Assembly (NCBI RefSeq): GCF_036567905.1
Contig: NZ_DATCTO010000047.1
Coordinates: forward strand, 6,552-70,551
Origin: Candidatus Binatus sp.
Lineage (GTDB): Bacteria > Desulfobacterota > Binatia > Binatales > Binataceae
Direction: 5' to 3'
Length of the DNA: 64,000 nucleotides
The notes under the pieces were generated by a model. The model was given only the letters and a program-made list of their open reading frames with translations. It did not search any database and had not been told where the DNA came from. Of the stretch, positions 1 to 10,644 are shown in pieces. Position 1 is the first letter of the stretch. Every line of letters starts with the position of its first letter. A program made the position numbers and the translations under genes.

Positions 1-1853
<1,853 letters not shown>

Positions 1854-1902
1854 CGCAGCCGGTCCATTCCCACCGGCGGGCGCCCGCGCTATACAGTCCG
1901 CA

Positions 1903-2553
1903 ATGGGCGACCAGAAAAACGAATCTCAACCGCATCCCAGCGAGCCGCCGCATATCCAATCGTCCGCCGAGCGCCGCGATCGCGACATCCTGCGCACCGA
2001 GCGCTCCCAACTCGCCAAGCTCGCGCAGGTCATCAAACTCGGCGATTTCATGGCGATCCTGATGGTGCTCGCCACTTTTTTCAGCGCCTATGCCACCTGG
2101 CGCACGGCGATGCTCACCAGCACGATCTTTGCCGTTGCGGATCGCCCGTTCCTCGGCGTCCAGCAGGTTACCTTCGAGGCGACCGACGCGCAGCATCCGA
2201 TGATTTCGGTCAATTTTCGAAATTTCGGAAGTATCCCCGCCCTCGATGCGATCGTGTCCGTACATGCGGTGATCGATGGCAGGGTCGTCAAACCTGCCGA
2301 CGCGATGTCGGCGAAAGACGCGGGAATTCTGTCGCCAAATGTACCGCACTACTTCTACGTCTCCCTGCCGCCTGACAAATACCAGGCGGTCGCGGCGGGC
2401 AAATCCAACCTGCAAGTCCACGTCAGGCTGATCTACAAGGGTCCCGCCCACGAGAAGCAGCTCTGCTATTTCGAGCGCTTTGCGTACAACTTCGGCGTGG
2501 GTGTTTTTCAGGCTTCGGGCGGCGACGATCGATGCGGCACCGACGTTTTCTGA
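1903..2553 (+). CDS. hypothetical protein with one predicted transmembrane helix
   Basis: 216-aa ORF with a hydrophobic stretch FMAILMVLATFFSAYATW. No recognisable family. A TATACA box sits 7 nt upstream of the ATG, with no Shine-Dalgarno sequence. Confidence 0.45.
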   Translation: MGDQKNESQPHPSEPPHIQSSAERRDRDILRTERSQLAKLAQVIKLGDFMAILMVLATFFSAYATWRTAMLTSTIFAVADRPFLGVQQVTFEATDAQHPMISVNFRNFGSIPALDAIVSVHAVIDGRVVKPADAMSAKDAGILSPNVPHYFYVSLPPDKYQAVAAGKSNLQVHVRLIYKGPAHEKQLCYFERFAYNFGVGVFQASGGDDRCGTDVF

Positions 2554-2679
2554 GCCGATTCCTGCCTCGCCCGAGCCAGGGTGCCGCGTTGCGCGCCACG
2601 AGGGTTGTGCGGAACTTGGCTCACCTCGTTGCGCAGCGCGCGTTCATCTGACAATTTTCTTTGAGCACGGTAGCTCACG

Positions 2680-2868
2680 ATGACGTGTCCCATTTGCAAA
2701 AAGCCCGCCGACCTGTCGTCCCGGAATCGCTTTCGTCCGTTCTGCTCCGAGCGATGCCAGATGATCGACCTGGGCACGTGGGCTTCGGGCGATTACAAGG
2801 TGGAGGGCTCGAAGGGCGCCGACAACGAGCATCACGACGATCTGAAAAAGCGCAGGCTCCTCAATTGA
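2680..2868 (+). CDS. yacG: DNA gyrase inhibitor YacG (small zinc-finger protein)
   Basis: 62 aa. Contains CPICKK...RPFCSERCQMIDLGTWASGDY, the YacG Cys4 zinc-finger and IDLGxW signature. Confidence 0.8.
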   Translation: MTCPICKKPADLSSRNRFRPFCSERCQMIDLGTWASGDYKVEGSKGADNEHHDDLKKRRLLN

Positions 2869-3695
2869 CGCGTGACGCGGCGGCGCGGATTCATCCGACT
2901 TCGGTGGTGAGCGGCGAGGTCGAGCTGGCCGCGGGCGTCGAGGTCGGTCCGTTGTGCCTGCTCGACGGAAAAATTCGCCTCGGTGCGCGCACCCGTCTGA
3001 TCGGCCACGTTACGATTCTCGGCGTCACGGAACTCGGCGCCGAGAACGTGCTTCATCCGGGCGCGGTAATCGGCGACGAGCCGCAGGACCTGACTTACAC
3101 CGGCGGCGCACGCTCGGTGAAAATCGGCGATCGAAACATCTTCCGCGAATATTCCACCGTCCATCGCGGCAGTGAGCGCGGCGACGTCACCATCATGGGC
3201 GACGGCAACTTCATGATGCAGAATGCGCACGTTGCGCACGATTGCCGAATCGGCAACTCGACCATCATCGCCGGCGGCGCGCTGCTCGCCGGATGGGTCG
3301 AGCTCGGCGACCGCGCGCTGGTCTCGGGCAACTGCGTCGTGCATCAGTACACTCGCATCGGACGGCTCGCGATGATGCGCGGTCTGTCGCGCACCAGCCG
3401 CGACGTGCCGCCGTTCTGCATCATGGACGGCACCCATACCCTGCGCGGGATCAATGTCGTTGGACTCAAGCGCGCGGGAATTTCGTCGAAGTCGATTCAT
3501 GCGCTCCGGCACGCTTTCGCAGCGCTCTTCGGCACGCGCCAGAATCTCAAACTTGCAATCGAGAGACTCGAGAAATCCGGCGACCTTGCGCCCGAAGTAA
3601 TCGAGATGGTGGATTTTATTCGCGCCTCGAAGCGCGGCGTCGCCTTCGGCCCGCTGGACTCACGCTCCGATTCCGAATCGTCCGAAGACGGCTGA
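2865..3695 (+). CDS. lpxA: acyl-ACP--UDP-N-acetylglucosamine O-acyltransferase LpxA
   Basis: Left-handed beta-helix hexapeptide repeats followed by the LpxA C-terminal helical domain (HDCRIGNSTIIAGGALLAGWVELGD..., GINVVGLKRAGIS, LRHAFAALF). I start it at TTG 2865, overlapping the yacG stop (TTGA). The 344-aa track ORF from 2661 is over-extended across yacG. Confidence 0.85.
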   Translation: MTRDAAARIHPTSVVSGEVELAAGVEVGPLCLLDGKIRLGARTRLIGHVTILGVTELGAENVLHPGAVIGDEPQDLTYTGGARSVKIGDRNIFREYSTVHRGSERGDVTIMGDGNFMMQNAHVAHDCRIGNSTIIAGGALLAGWVELGDRALVSGNCVVHQYTRIGRLAMMRGLSRTSRDVPPFCIMDGTHTLRGINVVGLKRAGISSKSIHALRHAFAALFGTRQNLKLAIERLEKSGDLAPEVIEMVDFIRASKRGVAFGPLDSRSDSESSEDG

Positions 3696-4009
3696 TTCCT
3701 TCTCCGTCATCCCCAGCGGAGGCTGCCGAAGTCGAGGGACCCCGGAGACCTTGCTCTTCACCGTCGCCTTGTGGCCTCTGTGCGAATGGGCGCTGCAAAT
3801 TCTGACTGGCCGATTGGCCGGGAAGAGGGCCGTTTATACAATCCCTTGTGGTTTTGGGGCGGCAACGCTCTAGGGCTAGCTTTGTTCCGTCAAAAATTAT
3901 TCTGCCGGAAGCGAGTGTATCGTTGTCGCCGATGGCGGTCGCCGCGCGGCCCTTGCGGCGAGTGCGCGAGCGTACAGCAATCCGACTGTTGTCCATACTC
4001 GATCGGGTA

Positions 4010-4825
4010 TCACGACGGACGATCCGGCGTAAGGCTGAGTAGTTCATCCCTGAACGCGCGGGCGCAGCCTTTGAGAATCCGCAGCCCGTCTTCCTGTGAG
4101 CCGGTGTCGAACTGCCGCCCGTCATGATCGACGGCGTTGCTGACCATCGCAACGCAAGCGACGGCGACACCCCGGGTCACACCAAAAGCAAATAAAGACG
4201 CTGCCTGCATCTCGACCGCGAGAACGCCTTCGTTCGCCCAGCATTGAAGCTGCTGTTTCGTCTCCCGATATGGAGCATCGGTGGTCCAGACTTTGCCGGA
4301 GCGAACGGTCCAGCCGGTCTCGATAAGCTCCCGCTCAAGAAGTGGCAGCACCGGCGCGGAGCAGGCAATCTCCCTGCTTGCAGGCAGGTAATGGTAAGAC
4401 GTTCCTTCGTCACGAATCGCGCCAGTGACAACCACCAAGCACGGGAGTGGCAGGTCGGGAGACACTCGACCGGCGGAGGTCAGCCCGATAATCAGTTGGG
4501 CTCCCGCCGCGTCCAATTGCTCGGCAATTAAGACCGCATAGGGTCCGCCGATTGTTCGCGGAATTATTCCGCACCTCACGCCTTCGACTTCGATTGCAAA
4601 CATGGTCGTGTGAAAACACGGCCACGACGGAAACGGCCTGGCGATGCCCTTTTGAACAAGCCAATCGGTGAGATCTCCGTCGAAATCAAGAACACAGAGC
4701 GGGGGAACGACGCCGTCTGGAATCCGCCGGGCACGGCGGACATCGGCCATCAGGTTGCGGGCAGTGAACACGGCTGGTTGCTTGAGCGGGTGGTCTAGAA
4801 TCGGAAGCTTCGAATTATCGGGCAT
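4010..4825 (-). CDS. nucleoside phosphorylase family protein (PNP/UDP_1 fold)
   Basis: 271 aa. The patterns IGGPYAVLIAEQLDAAGAQLIIGLTSAG, AIRDEGTSYHY and VLAVEMQAASLFAF are typical of uridine/purine nucleoside phosphorylase family 1. Confidence 0.7.
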   Translation of the reverse strand: MPDNSKLPILDHPLKQPAVFTARNLMADVRRARRIPDGVVPPLCVLDFDGDLTDWLVQKGIARPFPSWPCFHTTMFAIEVEGVRCGIIPRTIGGPYAVLIAEQLDAAGAQLIIGLTSAGRVSPDLPLPCLVVVTGAIRDEGTSYHYLPASREIACSAPVLPLLERELIETGWTVRSGKVWTTDAPYRETKQQLQCWANEGVLAVEMQAASLFAFGVTRGVAVACVAMVSNAVDHDGRQFDTGSQEDGLRILKGCARAFRDELLSLTPDRPS

Positions 4826-4857
4826 GGAGCAGGATCACCTATAGCGTGGCGCTGGGG

Positions 4858-5490
4858 CTATCGCGGAATTGGTTCTGGTTCCAATGTGCAATAACAGTAC
4901 AGAAATTGCTGCGTGGTCCCGAACGGCGTGTCGTGCAATTCCTTGGAGCTTTCGATCAAGCGGAATCGCCGGCCAAATTCCTGGTGAAGCGATTGGGCGT
5001 CGTAGCGGATTACCTCGAGGCCACTGCACTGCTTGGGACCCTCGGGGCCAAAGGTGCTGATTATAACGTGACCGCCAGGTTTGACGGCCAAGACGACGTT
5101 GCGAACATAAGCGAGTCGCTGCGCCGGCTGCGTCAGGAAGTGAAAAACGGCCCGATCATGCCAGATGTCATATGAATGAGCCGGAAGGTTCGCTTGGGTC
5201 ACGTCTTCATGCAGCCAATGGATGGATTGCGCAGCTTTGCCTATGCGCTTTTTTGCGAGATCGAGAGCCGCCTGTGAGATATCGAGAACTGTGATGTTCC
5301 GGTATCCGCTGGCAATCAGGTCATCGACCAAACTGGATGCGCCGCCGCCTACATCAATGATCGATGCCGAGCGATCGCCCCCCGCACGTTCAATCAGAGC
5401 AAGGGAAGTCTCCAGATGGGGGCGGAACCAGCTCACCTGATCCGGCGCTTTGGCGCCGTAAACTTTTTCCCAATGTTCCTTCATATCCAT
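4858..5490 (-). CDS. class I SAM-dependent methyltransferase
   Basis: 210 aa. N-terminal EHWEKVYGAKAPDQVSWF and SAM motif I IIDVGGGASSLVDDL. Sits 33 bp upstream of, and co-oriented with, the phosphorylase gene. Confidence 0.75.
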   Translation of the reverse strand: MDMKEHWEKVYGAKAPDQVSWFRPHLETSLALIERAGGDRSASIIDVGGGASSLVDDLIASGYRNITVLDISQAALDLAKKRIGKAAQSIHWLHEDVTQANLPAHSYDIWHDRAVFHFLTQPAQRLAYVRNVVLAVKPGGHVIISTFGPEGPKQCSGLEVIRYDAQSLHQEFGRRFRLIESSKELHDTPFGTTQQFLYCYCTLEPEPIPR

Positions 5491-5685
5491 CGAGGCACCA
5501 GTTTCGCGATACCGCTTAATCGCGCAGGAAGCAACGAAAAACGAAAACGAAACCCAGTGTGCGTTTCAAATCCAAGTCTTCTCTTCGACTTCAACTCGGC
5601 ACTAGTGTAGCAGAAGGCACCACTGCGGCGGTTGCTTGCGCTTGCGCCCCCTGAAACAATCATGATGAATCTGGGAAATTAAAAA

Positions 5686-6150
5686 ATGAACATACGTCCA
5701 CGATTTTTCATCGGCGCGGGACTGATCATCCTGGCGATCGGCTACCTTATCGGCAATGCGATGCGCACCACGTCGGAATACTACCTGACCGTTTCTGAAG
5801 TGGCCGCGCGCCAGAGCGAGCTTGGCGGGCAGGCGATCCGGGTTGCAGGCCGCGTCAAGCCCGGGACGGTCAACTGGGAGCCAAACACGCTGACCCTGAA
5901 ATTCGAGATCGTGCCGATTCCCGATCTCAATGCCGACACCGCGCCGATCAAACCTGTCGTCGCGACCGATCCCGTCGCGACCGATCCCGTCTCGTTCAGG
6001 GTCGTCGCGGCCGGCGAGCCCAAGCCCGACATGTTCGCGCCCGGCCGCGACGTTATCGTGGAGGGCGAGCTCGGCGCGGGCGGCGTTATCACCGCGACGC
6101 AGGTGATGACCAGTTGCGCTTCCAAATACAAGCCCAAACAAGCACAATAG
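5686..6150 (+). CDS. ccmE: cytochrome c maturation heme chaperone CcmE, Cys-type (CXXXY) variant
   Basis: N-terminal TM anchor, OB-fold core (YYLTVSEV..., IRVAGRVKPGTV, DVIVEGEL). The C-terminal heme-binding position reads SCASKY instead of the canonical HDENY. First gene of the ccm operon. Confidence 0.85.
   Translation: MNIRPRFFIGAGLIILAIGYLIGNAMRTTSEYYLTVSEVAARQSELGGQAIRVAGRVKPGTVNWEPNTLTLKFEIVPIPDLNADTAPIKPVVATDPVATDPVSFRVVAAGEPKPDMFAPGRDVIVEGELGAGGVITATQVMTSCASKYKPKQAQ
5959..5988 (+). repeat. perfect 15-bp tandem duplication (gtcgcgaccgatccc x2) inside ccmE, encoding VATDP-VATDP
   Basis: Read directly from the sequence. It is in frame and lies within a loop-like insertion of CcmE. Confidence 0.9.
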
Positions 6151-6165
6151 CGGCGGATTTTACCG

Positions 6166-8190
6166 ATGCCGGAACTGGGTAACCTCGCACTGGCGATCGC
6201 GCTGATTCTCGCCGTCTATTCCATCGTCGCGAATATCTACGGCGTGCGCCGCAATGCGCCCGACTTCGTGGTCAGCGCGCGTCACGCGATTTGGTCGATG
6301 TGCGCGATGGTCACGATAGCGGTGGTGGTGCTGTGGGTGGCCCTGCTGCGCAGCGACTTCTCGCTGGAGTACGTCGCCTCATATTCCAGCACCACGCTCC
6401 CGACCGCTTACAAAATCACCGCGCTGTGGGCCGGGCAGCAGGGCTCGCTGCTGCTCTGGACCTGGTTGCTGGCGATCTTCACGTCGGTAGCGGCGTTCCA
6501 GAATCGCCGCCGCAATCCGGACACCGCGCCCTACGCGCTGGCGGTGCTGGCGGGCGTTGCGATTTTTTTTCTGTTGATGCTGAATTTCGTCACCCGTCCG
6601 TTCGATCTGCTTGCGACGATTCCCGCCGAAGGCGCCGACCTCAATCCGCTGCTGCAGAACTATTGGATGGCGATACATCCGCCGTCTCTCTACACCGGCT
6701 ACGTCAGCACCTCGGTTCCGTTCGCCTTCGGCGCCGCCGCGCTGATGACCGGCAAACTCGACGACGGATGGATTCGCTCGACGCGCCGCTGGGCGATTTT
6801 TTCCTGGTTCTTTCTGAGTCTCGGCAACATCTTCGGCGCGCGCTGGGCCTACGAAGTTCTCGGCTGGGGCGGTTACTGGGCGTGGGACCCGGTCGAGAAC
6901 GCGGCCTTCATGCCGTGGCTGGTGATGACCGCGTACCTGCATTCGGTGATGATCCAGGAACGCAAGGACATGCTGAAGGTCTGGAACCTGTCGCTGATCG
7001 GACTGGCATTCGGACTCACGCTGTTCGGCACTTTCATCACGCGCAGCGGGGTCATCTCGTCGGTGCATTCGTTCACCGAATCCGGCCTGGGTCCATACTT
7101 CCTGAGCTTCCTGGTAGCGGTGACGCTGGCCTACACCGCACTTTTGATCTTCCGCTCGAAGCAATTGCGCAGTCCCGCCGAATTTGAGTCGTACCTGTCG
7201 CGCGAGGCCGCGTTTTTGTTCAACAACCTCATCCTGGTCGGGATCACGTTCGCGGTTTTCTGGGGCACGATCTTTCCCGTGCTGTCGGAGGCGGTGCGCG
7301 GGGTGAAGATTACCGTCGGCCCGCCGTTCTTCAATCGCGTCATCGCACCGCTGGCGCTGGGGCTGGTGTTCCTGACGGGGATCGGACCGCTGATCGCGTG
7401 GCGGCGCACGACCGCTGACAATCTGGTGCGCAGTTTCGCCGCGCCGGTCGCGATTGGGGTCGCGACCGGGATCGCCTGCGCCGCGGCCGGATTGCGCCAA
7501 TGGTACGTGCTTACCGCCTTCTCATTGGGCGCGTTCGTGATCGGCACCGTACTGGTCGAGTTTCGCCGCGGGATGAACGCGCGCCGCCACATGATGGCCG
7601 AGCCGCGCGCCAAAGCGCTGGTCAATCTGGTTGCCAAGAACAACCGCCGCTACGGCGGCTACGTCATCCACGTCGGCGTGATCGTCGCGTTCGTCGGAAT
7701 CGTCGGCTCGTCGTTCTTCCGCACCGAAGTGAAAAAGAGCGTGCACGAGGGCGACAGCTTTACGATTGGTTCGTACCGGCTGCGCTTCCTGGGGTTCACC
7801 GAGGTCGACACGAGTCATTTCGCGAGCGCGACCGCACGCGTCGAGGTGCTGGGCGCTGACGGCCGCGAAATCACCGTGATGAAGCCGGCCAAGCTTTTCT
7901 ACATACGGGCGCAGCAGCCCGCGACCGAAGTCGCAATCCGCTCGACTCCCTTAAGCGACCTCTATGTGGTACTGGCCGGAATCGACGAGAGCGGTCAGAC
8001 CGCGACCTTGGAAGTGTTTTTGACGCCGCTGGTGTTCTGGCTATGGGCTGGCGGCCTGCTGATGGTGCTCGGCACCGTGATTGTGATGTGGCCCAACGTG
8101 CGCGAGCGTGCCGCAATCGCGACCGTGCTGAGCCGCTCGTCCGCCGCCACCGGCGACCTCGCCGACCTGGCCGCTCCCGGGGGCGATTGA
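6166..8190 (+). CDS. ccmF: cytochrome c-type biogenesis protein CcmF (heme lyase subunit)
   Basis: 674-aa polytopic membrane protein with the WWD motif WGGYWAWDPVENAAFMPWL and conserved His-containing helices. Confidence 0.9.
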   Translation: MPELGNLALAIALILAVYSIVANIYGVRRNAPDFVVSARHAIWSMCAMVTIAVVVLWVALLRSDFSLEYVASYSSTTLPTAYKITALWAGQQGSLLLWTWLLAIFTSVAAFQNRRRNPDTAPYALAVLAGVAIFFLLMLNFVTRPFDLLATIPAEGADLNPLLQNYWMAIHPPSLYTGYVSTSVPFAFGAAALMTGKLDDGWIRSTRRWAIFSWFFLSLGNIFGARWAYEVLGWGGYWAWDPVENAAFMPWLVMTAYLHSVMIQERKDMLKVWNLSLIGLAFGLTLFGTFITRSGVISSVHSFTESGLGPYFLSFLVAVTLAYTALLIFRSKQLRSPAEFESYLSREAAFLFNNLILVGITFAVFWGTIFPVLSEAVRGVKITVGPPFFNRVIAPLALGLVFLTGIGPLIAWRRTTADNLVRSFAAPVAIGVATGIACAAAGLRQWYVLTAFSLGAFVIGTVLVEFRRGMNARRHMMAEPRAKALVNLVAKNNRRYGGYVIHVGVIVAFVGIVGSSFFRTEVKKSVHEGDSFTIGSYRLRFLGFTEVDTSHFASATARVEVLGADGREITVMKPAKLFYIRAQQPATEVAIRSTPLSDLYVVLAGIDESGQTATLEVFLTPLVFWLWAGGLLMVLGTVIVMWPNVRERAAIATVLSRSSAATGDLADLAAPGGD

Positions 8191-8195
8191 GCCCG

Positions 8196-8720
8196 GTGCG
8201 TTCGCCAGTCGCATTCGCATCGTCGCCGCGGCTCGCGTTGATCGTGGTCGCGCTGCTGGTTTTTCTTTCTCCTGAACCAGGAAACGTTTCACGGGAAATA
8301 TTTGCGGCGGAAACCACAACCACCGCGGAGGTTGCCGAAGGATTGACCTGTCAATGCGGATGCGGTCTCACCGTCGCCAACTGCAATATGCCGACCTGCA
8401 GCTTTTCAGTGCCGATCCGCGCCGAGATAGACGCCATGATCCGCAAAGGGATGAGCCGTGCGCAGATAATCGCCTTCTATCGCCACAAGTACGGCGAGAA
8501 AATTCTGTCCGCGCCGACCGCTGAGGGCTTCAATCTGCTCGCCTGGACGATGCCTTTTATCGCGCTGGTACTCGGCGGCGGCTTGATTGCGCTCGTGGTC
8601 GGGCGATGGCGCTCCAATTCGCCGTCTGCGCCGTCGGGCTCGAAACCGGCCGGGGAGCCGTCGTCATTCGATCCCGAACTCAGGCGCAGACTCGAAAGCG
8701 AACTCAAGGAGCGCAGATAA
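8196..8720 (+). CDS. ccmH: cytochrome c-type biogenesis protein CcmH/NrfF family
   Basis: GTG 8196 lies 6 nt after the ccmF stop. Signal/anchor PRLALIVVALLVFL. CcmH-like core IRAEIDAMIRKGMSRAQIIAFYRHKYGEKILSAP plus a C-terminal TM helix. The Cys motif is LTCQCGCG...CNMPTC rather than LRCxxC. Confidence 0.75.
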   Translation: MRSPVAFASSPRLALIVVALLVFLSPEPGNVSREIFAAETTTTAEVAEGLTCQCGCGLTVANCNMPTCSFSVPIRAEIDAMIRKGMSRAQIIAFYRHKYGEKILSAPTAEGFNLLAWTMPFIALVLGGGLIALVVGRWRSNSPSAPSGSKPAGEPSSFDPELRRRLESELKERR

Positions 8721-8723
8721 CCG

Positions 8724-9242
8724 ATGTTCATTCTTGCCGCCGCGCTAATTGTCGCCGGAGTCGCACTGTTCGTGGCGGCTCCGCTCGGCATCGGGCTCGT
8801 CGGAGCGCGCGCCAAATCGCCGGGCCAACTTCAAGCGGAGCGCGACGAGCATGAACGCGGGCTGGCGGTGCAGGGTCTTCGCGAACTCGAGTTCGATCGC
8901 GAGATGGGCAAGCTGTCCGACGCGGACTACGAATCGATGCACCAGGCGCTCGAGGAGCGGGCGCTGACCGCGATGGCCGCGGTCGAAAAGTTCCGCCTGC
9001 AGACCGGCAGGGCCGCAAACCCGAAGAAGCTTTCCTCCGCACCTGTGACGCAGGCGCCACGCCGACCGGTGACGCCCGTCGCGCACCCCGAACCGCCGCC
9101 GCCGCAATCCTCGCCGTCGCCGGGGCGCAAGATTCGCTTCTGTGCGCAATGCGGAGCACGCGCCGAGGACGACTCGAAGTTCTGCGCGCAGTGCGGCCTT
9201 GCGATCAAGCCGATCGGCGGCGCGGCCGCCTGGACGGAGTGA
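8724..9242 (+). CDS. CcmI-like N-terminal domain protein fused to a C-terminal double-CxxC zinc ribbon
   Basis: N-terminal TM helix, then LRELEFDREMGKLSDADYESMHQALEERAL, which resembles the CcmI N-terminal module. A Pro-rich linker leads to FCAQCGARAEDDSKFCAQCG. Position within the ccm operon supports the call. Confidence 0.55.
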   Translation: MFILAAALIVAGVALFVAAPLGIGLVGARAKSPGQLQAERDEHERGLAVQGLRELEFDREMGKLSDADYESMHQALEERALTAMAAVEKFRLQTGRAANPKKLSSAPVTQAPRRPVTPVAHPEPPPPQSSPSPGRKIRFCAQCGARAEDDSKFCAQCGLAIKPIGGAAAWTE

Positions 9243-9943
9243 TGTCGGCGCCCGTCGTCGAGACTCGCAGCCTGGCAAAGACTTACGGCCTGGCGCCGGT
9301 CCTGCGCGAAGTGCAATTGCGGCTGCTGGCGGGCACGGGCGCGTTTATAGTTGGCGGCAACGGCGCCGGGAAATCCACCCTGCTGCGAATCCTGGCCGGA
9401 CTCGAAGCACCGAGCGGCGGCCACGCGCTGGTCTTCGGGCAGGACACGCGCAGGCTCGCGGCGCGCTATCGGCGCCGAATCGGCCTGATGGCGCATCAGA
9501 GTTTCCTCTACCCGAATCTGACCGCGCGGGAGAATCTCGAATTTTACGCTGAACTGTATTCGCTGGCCGACCCGCGCGAGTCCGCCGGCCAATGGCTCGG
9601 CCGGGTCGGACTGGCCGACGCTGCCGATACCCGCGTGCGTGCGTTCTCGCGCGGGATGGAGCAGCGCCTGTCGGCGGCGCGTGCGATGCTTGCCGAGCCG
9701 GCGCTGCTGCTGCTCGACGAGCCGTTTGCGTCGCTCGACCATGACGGCGCCGAAATCGTCGCGGCGCTGATTCGCGGCGCGGTCGAACGCGGCGCCTGCG
9801 TGCTGGCAACTACCCATGGAATCCCCGAAATAGACGGCGTCGAGCTGGCGGTGTTCGAAATCTCGCGCGGCCGCCTGATGCAGCATGCGCATAAGGAGGA
9901 GGTCCGGCGCGGCGGGCGAATCCGCTCGCTGCTGGGCAGATAG
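9242..9943 (+). CDS. ccmA: heme exporter ATP-binding protein CcmA
   Basis: ATG 9242 overlaps the upstream stop (TGATG). Walker A GGNGAGKST, ABC signature FSRGMEQRLSAA, Walker B LLLLDEP. The upstream part of the track ORF (9149..) is an over-extension. Confidence 0.85.
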   Translation: MSAPVVETRSLAKTYGLAPVLREVQLRLLAGTGAFIVGGNGAGKSTLLRILAGLEAPSGGHALVFGQDTRRLAARYRRRIGLMAHQSFLYPNLTARENLEFYAELYSLADPRESAGQWLGRVGLADAADTRVRAFSRGMEQRLSAARAMLAEPALLLLDEPFASLDHDGAEIVAALIRGAVERGACVLATTHGIPEIDGVELAVFEISRGRLMQHAHKEEVRRGGRIRSLLGR

Positions 9944-9948
9944 AAGCC

Positions 9949-10620
9949 GTGTCGGGATTTGCCGCCGTCCTGCGCAAGGACCTGCGCCTCGAACTGCGCA
10001 GCGGCGAGAGCACGCTGGCGCTGCTCGCGCTGTCGATGCTGGTGCTGGTGGTGCTGGTGTTCGCGCTGGGCGCGGCGCGGGTGCGCAGCGTCGATGCGGC
10101 GGCGGGCGCGCTGTGGGTCGCGATGGTGTTCGCGGGGATGCTGGGCGCCAATCGCGCGCTGCTGGCCGAGCGCGACAACGGCGCGATTCGCGGCCTGCTG
10201 CTCAGCCCGCTCGATCCCGCCACGCTCTACGCGGCGAAACTCGCGGCCGCGTTGATCTTCATGGCGGTGGCCGAGGTTGGCGCGGTCATCCTGATGGTGT
10301 TGTTCTTCAATCTCGACTTCGACGCATCGATCGCGCGGCTGGCGCCGATTCTGGTGCTGGGCGCGATCGGATTTTCGGCGCTGGCGACGCTGCTCTCCGC
10401 AATCACGGGGCGCACTCGCGGCGGCGATATGCTATTGCCGATTCTTGCGGTGCCGATTTTCGTGCCGGCGCTGATTGCGGGCGTCAAGGCGAGTGCGGGT
10501 GCGCTGGCGGGCGCGCCGCTCGAGTCGATGGGCGACTGGCTGAAGATCATGATCGCGTTCGACGTGCTGTTCGTCACCGCCGGTTACCTGCTGTTCGAGC
10601 ATGTGGTAGGCGGGGACTGA
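9949..10620 (+). CDS. ccmB: heme exporter membrane protein CcmB
   Basis: 223-aa, six-helix membrane protein. CcmB-like motifs (LLAERDNGAIRGLLLSP) and operon position between ccmA and ccmC. Confidence 0.85.
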   Translation: MSGFAAVLRKDLRLELRSGESTLALLALSMLVLVVLVFALGAARVRSVDAAAGALWVAMVFAGMLGANRALLAERDNGAIRGLLLSPLDPATLYAAKLAAALIFMAVAEVGAVILMVLFFNLDFDASIARLAPILVLGAIGFSALATLLSAITGRTRGGDMLLPILAVPIFVPALIAGVKASAGALAGAPLESMGDWLKIMIAFDVLFVTAGYLLFEHVVGGD

Positions 10621-10644
10621 CGAAAGGAAAAGACCGGTGGCGCC

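Noticed and set aside
3696-4009. A 314-bp convergent intergenic region with patches of low GC. Considered as a possible ncRNA gene (tmRNA, RNase P RNA, SRP RNA, 6S RNA).
   Set aside because: None of the signatures I know are present: no tmRNA tag-ORF or tRNA-like ends, no RNase P GAGGAAAGUCC box, no SRP GGAA tetraloop helix 8 pattern. I also could not draw an extended conserved-looking structure by eye. It needs an Rfam/Infernal scan before any claim.
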